Under the pieces are notes generated by a model. That model saw only the letters and a program-made list of their open reading frames with translations, made no database searches and was not told the origin of the DNA. DNA of 64,000 bases from an uncultured Methanosarcinales archaeon (GTDB lineage Archaea > Nanobdellota > Nanobdellia > Woesearchaeales > JACJVV01), in NCBI GenBank assembly GCA_964581515.1, contig CAZOOV010000001.1, positions 180,823 through 244,822 of the forward strand, read 5' to 3'. Positions 57,396-64,000 of the stretch are shown here, in pieces. Position numbers and translations under genes: made by a program. Within the stretch, counting starts at the first letter, position 1; the number at the start of each line of letters is the position of its first letter.

Positions 57396-59900
57396 ATGGA
57401 CCTAAAAAAGCACAGTGGATTATACAGACGTATGGCTGTTGCATGCGAACCTGAACAAAAGGCAAGACTAGATGAAATACTGCCTGGATACACTGGTGAA
57501 CCTGAACTATTAGGGCATTTTCTAAATAAATTTGGTTCAGATAATCCTTGGGAAGCGAATAATAACGCGGTACTAAAAAGAGCAGTAATCAGAAAAAAAG
57601 ATGAATTAGCTGATGAGCAAGAGATATTAGGCGTTAGCGTTTCAGGACATAAACTGACAAAACAGATGTATGTACTAGCACATAAATTTGATCCAACAAG
57701 AGGATGGATATCTGGTTCACAGGCTATAACAAAAATTAAAGAATTAGTAGGTGATTATGCTTTTACTCCAGAGGGTCAAGAAGAAATAAGACAAAAGAAG
57801 AAAAAACAAGCACAGCAAACTGTTAAAGAAGTAGGGACATGTCTTGAAGATTTTCTGACTAATCCTGATATGATAACAGATGTCAGTGGGAGAATTGCAA
57901 AACAAAAACTTCATGATATACTGCAACTTGATGATGAGTTAAGAGCAAGATTACAAAAGCTTGATGAAGTAGTATATGGAAAGAATGCAATTGTTGATGA
58001 AGGATGCAAAACATATCTTTTAAGTGCTGATCCAGGAGGACAATTCTTAGGATGGTTCAAAAGACAAAAAGATAGATTGCCACAAAGCATCAGAGATATC
58101 TATACTACTATTACAAATCCGCATATAGAAGTTCCTGATAATGAAAGGGGCTTTATGATGACTGCACTTATCGCTTACTCTGCAGCAAATATGCCTATCA
58201 GAAGAGAGGCAGTGATTGGAAGCTGGCAAAAAGATCTGACATTAATCATGGGACTTAGTGATGCACATCCAATAATTGCAAAATATGGGAAACCAGACTT
58301 AAGCCCAATAAGACATATACTACAGCAAAACGAGATAACTTTAGTTGACGCAACAAGAGTGTATGATGTATATCCAGTAAATGAAGTAAGAAAAGAAATA
58401 AACGGCGAATATAGTTCTAGATTTAGTAATGAAATTGATTCAATAAAAGAAATTCTTGAGCCACTCTTCAAAAAAGATGGTAAGATGAGAGATGATAGCT
58501 ATGGTTCCAGTGTCCCACTTGAAAGATTAAAAAGAAGCGTCTATTTCTCAACATTAACAAGAAATGATTTCGCTTCAGTAATGGAAATAATAAGACTTGA
58601 AACCATTGCAAACAGCACTGAAGAAACATATGCTGCTGTTGATATTGATAAATTCAAAGAACTGACTGATTCAATAGTATGTTCTGCTAGAAAAGTAGCT
58701 TATATGAATAAAAAATTAGAAGAGGGAGAAGTTGTCGTCGAGAATATTGAAGAAGCTGAAGAGCTTGCAGATGATCTTAGAGATAATATGTTCAGAGGTA
58801 GCAAGTATGATATTGTAGAGAATTTTGGAGAGAAAAATGGTATTGAACTTGATGAAGTGATAAGAAGATGCTCTGCAGTCCATAAAAATAATGGGGCTTG
58901 GTTTACTGTTGAGGGTTATGAAATAAAAGAAGCTGCAGAAACTGGATTATATAATAGTAAAAGCGACTCTCTTACTACATTGACTAAACTTGCAGAGAAT
59001 ATCACACCTGTCAGTGAAGTTGGTGAATTGAAAACAGAACTTGACACAGTACTTGCACATCCATTAATTACAAATATGTGGGGATATAAATCAGATACTG
59101 AATATTTATCCAAAGCAGGTCTTGCAAGTTGGCAAAAACTTGCTGAGAAAGGAAAAGCGCTTGTTGAGAGATTAGATCAAGAAATTGCAGAAGTTAATGG
59201 AGATGATTCTGAAAAAGTCACAAAACTTCTTGAAAAAAGAAAAGCATTATCTGATGCCAAAGTATATTCATACAGTGAATTCTCAAATTCATTCTCTATG
59301 AAAGAAAGCAGATTTAGCATATCAGCTACAAGCACTGATGGAATAAACCATATAGACATTAAAAATCTTGAAGGAAAAGTTGAAGGTTATACAAAAGCTT
59401 CTGAACTGGATGATGAGTGGGTACAAAGAGCTAAATTTGTAGCTAGAGGAGAAGCAAACCCAATATTAAACACATTAGGGTACAAAACTCCGAGCAATGC
59501 AACATTGTCAACAATCTTCAAATGGAGAGATCAAGAAGAATTTGGAGAAAATGCTTATGTAAGTGATAAATTTGTCGAAATAGTCAATAAAGCATATGAA
59601 AAAGTAGATGAACTCCAAAGTGATCCTTCATTGATAGTCAAAGGTAGACAAGAATTCCAACATGGAATTGCAGGAGACATGTATAAAGTAGGAATAATTG
59701 GAACAAAATTCAAAGATAAAGAAACCTTCAAACAAAGATTCAAAGGTTATTTCTGGAGAGACAAACAATGGAATTCACGTTATGATGTAGGCCGGATTGG
59801 AGTTATGGGGCTTATGGAAGCCATAAAACAATATAATGCAGACACTGGTTCTAACTGTAGATTGAGATTAGAAGTTACACAACATGGTACGTTATCTTAA
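57396..59900 (+). CDS. Large cytoplasmic hypothetical protein (834 aa)
   Basis: Long intact ORF; no signal peptide, TM or recognised motif. Confidence 0.8.
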   Translation: MDLKKHSGLYRRMAVACEPEQKARLDEILPGYTGEPELLGHFLNKFGSDNPWEANNNAVLKRAVIRKKDELADEQEILGVSVSGHKLTKQMYVLAHKFDPTRGWISGSQAITKIKELVGDYAFTPEGQEEIRQKKKKQAQQTVKEVGTCLEDFLTNPDMITDVSGRIAKQKLHDILQLDDELRARLQKLDEVVYGKNAIVDEGCKTYLLSADPGGQFLGWFKRQKDRLPQSIRDIYTTITNPHIEVPDNERGFMMTALIAYSAANMPIRREAVIGSWQKDLTLIMGLSDAHPIIAKYGKPDLSPIRHILQQNEITLVDATRVYDVYPVNEVRKEINGEYSSRFSNEIDSIKEILEPLFKKDGKMRDDSYGSSVPLERLKRSVYFSTLTRNDFASVMEIIRLETIANSTEETYAAVDIDKFKELTDSIVCSARKVAYMNKKLEEGEVVVENIEEAEELADDLRDNMFRGSKYDIVENFGEKNGIELDEVIRRCSAVHKNNGAWFTVEGYEIKEAAETGLYNSKSDSLTTLTKLAENITPVSEVGELKTELDTVLAHPLITNMWGYKSDTEYLSKAGLASWQKLAEKGKALVERLDQEIAEVNGDDSEKVTKLLEKRKALSDAKVYSYSEFSNSFSMKESRFSISATSTDGINHIDIKNLEGKVEGYTKASELDDEWVQRAKFVARGEANPILNTLGYKTPSNATLSTIFKWRDQEEFGENAYVSDKFVEIVNKAYEKVDELQSDPSLIVKGRQEFQHGIAGDMYKVGIIGTKFKDKETFKQRFKGYFWRDKQWNSRYDVGRIGVMGLMEAIKQYNADTGSNCRLRLEVTQHGTLS

Positions 59901-59916
59901 GAATTATTTAGATTTC

Positions 59917-60924
59917 TCATTTAATTTTAGTAATATTTTTGTTCATATTTAAAAGATATTGATCAAGCTTAATCTTTATCTCACTTTTCATATCTTCATC
60001 AACTTCTAGAATGCCGATTTCTTTATCCCAACCAATATCCTGTAAAGTTATAAGTGTTCCATTGAATTTTCTTCCAGTCAATTTTGCCTGACGTTCAAAT
60101 TCTTTTGCAATTTTTGTTCCAAAAAGTTTTGTTGCCTTGAATTTTGAAATAGAATTTGATCCTGCCCTTAGAAGAGTAGGAATATAATCAAGCCTGTCTT
60201 CCCAAATACCACACTCAATGTCGAGTTTAGGAAAGTTTAAACGTAAATTTGCTATCCACCATGCTTGGTCTTCTTTTGTTGGTGGACTTGAGTTTTCATA
60301 AGGAGTTCCTTTTTGTGGATTTAAACCATATACGTGAATTTTTGTTATATTATATTTCTTTATGAATTGTTCCAATAGAGGAAAATCTTCCTTCTTCTCG
60401 CCTAAACCTACAATGAATGTCATTGCACATGAAAGATTTTGCTTTTGTGCTTCCTGAAACATTTCTTCATAAGGTTTAATTGGTTTTGAAGGACATACTT
60501 TATCATGAAGCTCTGGATTTACCGTCTCAATTGAACCAACTATGCCTTTAATATATGGTTTAAACATAGTGATTTGTTCTTTTGATAATGAACCAATATT
60601 AAGCCAAACCTTACCAACTATCTGGCTTATAGTTTTAAGCATGAATCCCATTTCTTCGTCAGAGAAAACTCCTGTTCCTCCTGAAATAAAACCTATATTC
60701 CACCCTAAATTCTTTGCTAAGATTGTCTCTGCAAATAAGCTTGCAAAGCTTCTTCTTGACATCTTTAATGGCTTATCTTTTGGTTGAGTAGACATATAAC
60801 AATAAGCACAATCACCAATATTGCAGCCCCAACTGAAGAATATAGCTCTTTCAAAGCAGACTTCGTTTGGAAAATTATCTAGATAAACCTTGTTTGCCTT
60901 ATCTAGTAGAGTATTAAGTTCCAT
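59917..60924 (-). CDS. Radical SAM protein, BioB-like, CX4CX2C motif
   Basis: WGCNIGDCAYCYMS, ISGG, GSIETVNP, FIVGLGE, LNPQKGTPY. Confidence 0.85.
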   Translation of the reverse strand: MELNTLLDKANKVYLDNFPNEVCFERAIFFSWGCNIGDCAYCYMSTQPKDKPLKMSRRSFASLFAETILAKNLGWNIGFISGGTGVFSDEEMGFMLKTISQIVGKVWLNIGSLSKEQITMFKPYIKGIVGSIETVNPELHDKVCPSKPIKPYEEMFQEAQKQNLSCAMTFIVGLGEKKEDFPLLEQFIKKYNITKIHVYGLNPQKGTPYENSSPPTKEDQAWWIANLRLNFPKLDIECGIWEDRLDYIPTLLRAGSNSISKFKATKLFGTKIAKEFERQAKLTGRKFNGTLITLQDIGWDKEIGILEVDEDMKSEIKIKLDQYLLNMNKNITKIK

Positions 60925-61099
60925 AAATAGAAGGGTTTGTTAATGTTTTATAAAACTTAAGAAAAAGTAAGAAATATTCAATAAAAAACAATGAAAAGAG
61001 AGAAAGAAAATAGGAAAAGAATGGAAAAAAAGAAATAAAAAAAGATAATGAGAGAAAAAGAATGAAAAAAGAAAAGAGAAAAAAAGAAAAAAGTGGGCT

Positions 61100-62467
61100 T
61101 TAAGCTCCACATCCTGCTGCTGCACTAGGTGCTGCACCTGCTGGTGCTGCTTCCCAACCAAAACCTGGTGTTGGTGCGCCTACATCAATTTCTTCTTCAC
61201 ATTCCTCAGGTTGATCTGAGAATGCAAAACAGATTGCACTAAGTAGACTTTTTGCATCACGTCCAGCTGATGGTTCTGCTCCATTGATTCTTAATGAAGG
61301 TGAACCTCTTACACCATATTTTTGGTTATCTGCATCATGTAAGTTGAATGGTGGGAACTGACCTTTCCATTTTGACTTGTCATCATAATCAGCTGAAATG
61401 CCAAACTCTGCATCAGCATCACTTACACATGAAGCAATTGCATCAGTATCTAGTTCTAATTCTTCCATACATGCTTTTCCTTCAGCAGCTGAACCTGCAG
61501 TTGTACCTAAGAAACATTCAAGATAATCAAGTAATTTATCTGGATATTCCTTATCTATACAATACTGATTCATCTGTTCATCGATCTCTTTTTGTTCATG
61601 CATAGCATAATTAACAAACTTCAACTGGAAATCTATCTTGTCTCCAAGAAGCTGTGCAACTGGAAGGATACCTTTTTCCATCTGAGTTCCATAAGGACAA
61701 TGTGACATTACAAAAAGCTCAACAATTGGCTTATCTGCTTTTTCAACACATTCCCATACACCTGAACAATCAGGGGATGCGCAGTCAACTAGACCATCGC
61801 CTGTATCATCTTTTCCATTACCACAAACTTCTTTTGTAGGGTCATATTCTGAACCAACCCTTAAAGAAGTATATTCACCCGCTGGTTCAACATATTGTGC
61901 AACTTGACTATATGATGAATCTGCTTGTGCTTCTTTATCAAACAAGAATGCTGGTAGAGTTTTTACATTTGCTGATTTGAATAATGCTTCTCCTTCTGCA
62001 TCGCTGTAATCTACTTCTACTATCTCAACTTGAGGAAATACATTCTTCAATTGTGAGATTACTTGCTGAGCTCTAGCGTCACAGTCTGAGCACCTTGCAT
62101 CATTTAATAATGTGATCTTTATGTCACCACCTGTAGCAGTCGGTGCATTTGTTGGTGGTGTAGTTGTTGTGCCACCATTATCTGGTGTTTGCTTTTCACA
62201 TGAAGACATATTTATTGCCAAAGACAATATGAATAATGCTCCAAAAACAAATGTGAGAATTTTCCACCAATCTAATTTATTTTCTTTTTTAACAGATTTA
62301 TGCTTATGAGCGTGATGTTCTACATGCTCTTTTTTAGCACTTTCATGTTTACTTTCTTTTTTTTCGTGATTTACTTTCTTTTCATGATCTGTTTTTTTAT
62401 CATGTTCTTCTTTTTTGTCATGATTTTCTTTTTTATCATGATCTACTTTCTTATCATCATCATGCAT
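61100..62467 (-). CDS. Membrane-anchored double thioredoxin-fold (DsbA/GILT-like) protein with His/Lys-rich N-tail
   Basis: H(D/E)KK repeats, TM, Thr/Pro linker, CSDC, VCGNGKDDTGDGLVDC, FVMSHCPYG, GVRGSP. Confidence 0.78.
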   Translation of the reverse strand: MHDDDKKVDHDKKENHDKKEEHDKKTDHEKKVNHEKKESKHESAKKEHVEHHAHKHKSVKKENKLDWWKILTFVFGALFILSLAINMSSCEKQTPDNGGTTTTPPTNAPTATGGDIKITLLNDARCSDCDARAQQVISQLKNVFPQVEIVEVDYSDAEGEALFKSANVKTLPAFLFDKEAQADSSYSQVAQYVEPAGEYTSLRVGSEYDPTKEVCGNGKDDTGDGLVDCASPDCSGVWECVEKADKPIVELFVMSHCPYGTQMEKGILPVAQLLGDKIDFQLKFVNYAMHEQKEIDEQMNQYCIDKEYPDKLLDYLECFLGTTAGSAAEGKACMEELELDTDAIASCVSDADAEFGISADYDDKSKWKGQFPPFNLHDADNQKYGVRGSPSLRINGAEPSAGRDAKSLLSAICFAFSDQPEECEEEIDVGAPTPGFGWEAAPAGAAPSAAAGCGA

Positions 62468-62539
62468 TTTTGAACTACCCCCTAATTTTGTATAGCCACG
62501 ATAATAAGGCTTTGATTTATAAAAGTTATGTATGTAAGA

Positions 62540-64000
62540 TCATTTTTTATATCCAATAGCAGCTTTAATAAGTCCTAAGAATAAAGGGGCAGGAGTCTCA
62601 AGTTTTGATTTAAGCTCAGGATGTGCTTGAGTACCTACAAAATAAGGATGATTTTCTATGCAGATGAATTCAACAAGACGTTTATCTGGAGAAAAACCAG
62701 CAAGATTAAAGCCGTTTTTTTGCAAGATTTCATGGAAATCAGGATTTACTTCATAGCGATGCCGATGGCGCTCATAAACAATATCTTGCTTATTATAAAT
62801 CTTATAAAGTTTTGATTTCTTATCTAAATGAGCTTCATAACTGCCTAAACGAAGAGTGCCACCCATATCAATGTTCTCATGCTGACCTGGAAGATACATT
62901 ATTACTTTATTTTTTGCTTTATTGTCAAATTCTTCTGAAGTTGCATCTTTTATATTACATACATTCCTTGCATAATCAATTGTTGCAAGCTGAAGTCCTA
63001 GACAAATCCCTAAATAAGGTATATTATTTTCCCTTACATACCTAATAACTTCTATCTTGCCTTCAGTTCCACGATTACCAAAACCACCTGGTACGATAAC
63101 ACCCTGAATATTTTTTAGTTTTTCCTTGACATCATCTTGTGATTTGATATCTGTTGTCTCAATCATCCTTATACTTATTCTTGCTTTTGTATGGGCACTA
63201 CAATGAGTTAGCGCTTCTAAAATAGAAGCGTAAGAATCTTCAAGTGCAGTATATTTTCCACATATAGCTATTGTAATCTCTTTCTCTGGATTATTAAGAT
63301 TATCTGTTAATTTTGGCCATTTAGTATCTGGGTTTGAACTTAAACCAAGTCCCAAAAATTCATTAAGCTTAGATACTATCTTTTGTTCTTGGAAAACTTT
63401 TGGAAGTTCATATACATAGTCAACATCATGTGCTGAAAGGACTGAACTTTCTGCAACATTACAGAAGATACCTATCTTTTTCTTTACATGTTCAATGATT
63501 GGCTCTTTACACCTACATAATATCAATTGAGGTGAAATTCCACGTTCAAGCAATTGTTTTACACTTAATTGTGTTGGTTTTGATTTCTGTTCCTTAACTG
63601 CTTCAAGTATTGGAATGTATGTAAGATGAACAAACATTGTATCCTCGGGTGGAAGTTCAAGTGAAAGCTGTCTTACTGCTTCTATAAAAAGCTCATTTTC
63701 TATATCTCCAACGGTTCCACCTATCTCTATAATTACTATATCTGCTTTCTCAGTCTTGCCTACTTCCTTGAAATGCTCTTTTATCAAGTCAGTAACATGA
63801 GGTATGAATTGAACAGTCTTTCCTAGATAATCACCTCTTCGCTCCTTTTGCTGGACTCTTGAGAAAACCTTACCCATTGTAAGAGACTGCTTTTCAGTAC
63901 AAGTACAGTTAAGAAATCGTTCATAATGTCCAAAATCCATATCAACTTCTGAACCATCATCAAGGACAAAAACCTCACCGTGCTCCTGAGGATTCATTGT
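62540..64000 (-). CDS. pyrG: CTP synthase, 5' end outside window
   Basis: MNPQEHGEVFVLDDG, EIGGTVGDIE, KSKPTQ, VPGGFG, GICLGLQ, ERHRHRYE, QAHPE. Confidence 0.98.
   Translation of the reverse strand, partial: TMNPQEHGEVFVLDDGSEVDMDFGHYERFLNCTCTEKQSLTMGKVFSRVQQKERRGDYLGKTVQFIPHVTDLIKEHFKEVGKTEKADIVIIEIGGTVGDIENELFIEAVRQLSLELPPEDTMFVHLTYIPILEAVKEQKSKPTQLSVKQLLERGISPQLILCRCKEPIIEHVKKKIGIFCNVAESSVLSAHDVDYVYELPKVFQEQKIVSKLNEFLGLGLSSNPDTKWPKLTDNLNNPEKEITIAICGKYTALEDSYASILEALTHCSAHTKARISIRMIETTDIKSQDDVKEKLKNIQGVIVPGGFGNRGTEGKIEVIRYVRENNIPYLGICLGLQLATIDYARNVCNIKDATSEEFDNKAKNKVIMYLPGQHENIDMGGTLRLGSYEAHLDKKSKLYKIYNKQDIVYERHRHRYEVNPDFHEILQKNGFNLAGFSPDKRLVEFICIENHPYFVGTQAHPELKSKLETPAPLFLGLIKAAIGYKK

Noticed and set aside
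60940-61161. 73-aa Phe-rich ORF
   Set aside because: Translation of a polypyrimidine tract overlapping the end of a real gene

Overview
AT-rich archaeal chromosome segment, most consistent with a DPANN archaeon (Woesearchaeota-like; inference from gene content). The housekeeping backbone comprises aIF5B, CysRS, ValRS, Elp3, RFC large subunit, PCNA, RNase J, Nop5, PyrH, partial PyrG and two intron-containing tRNAs: tRNA-His(GUG) with two introns and tRNA-Leu(CAA) with one. Accessory blocks: (1) a membrane-anchored zinc N-acetylmuramoyl-L-alanine amidase; (2) a surface operon (RHH regulator, class-III-signal protein, two ~1000-aa paralogues with a shared C-terminus and unrelated N-termini, a LysM-like protein); (3) a ~13 kb type IV pilus/Tad ATPase + platform + MinD cluster with paralogous membrane, coiled-coil and disordered proteins; (4) a hairpin repeat array next to a duplicated tRNA-Leu 3' end; (5) a bacterial-type membrane island (tandem SPFH pair divergent from a DUF6384-like protein and a TGGGF-tailed coiled-coil partner); (6) a Fur/PerR-led ROS-defence island with its own oxidative pentose phosphate genes, where zwf has lost the RIDHY motif by deletion. 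A dispersed modular multi-hairpin element with a compensatory base change occurs in two full copies and one partial copy. All family calls come from motif recognition by eye; no searches were run.
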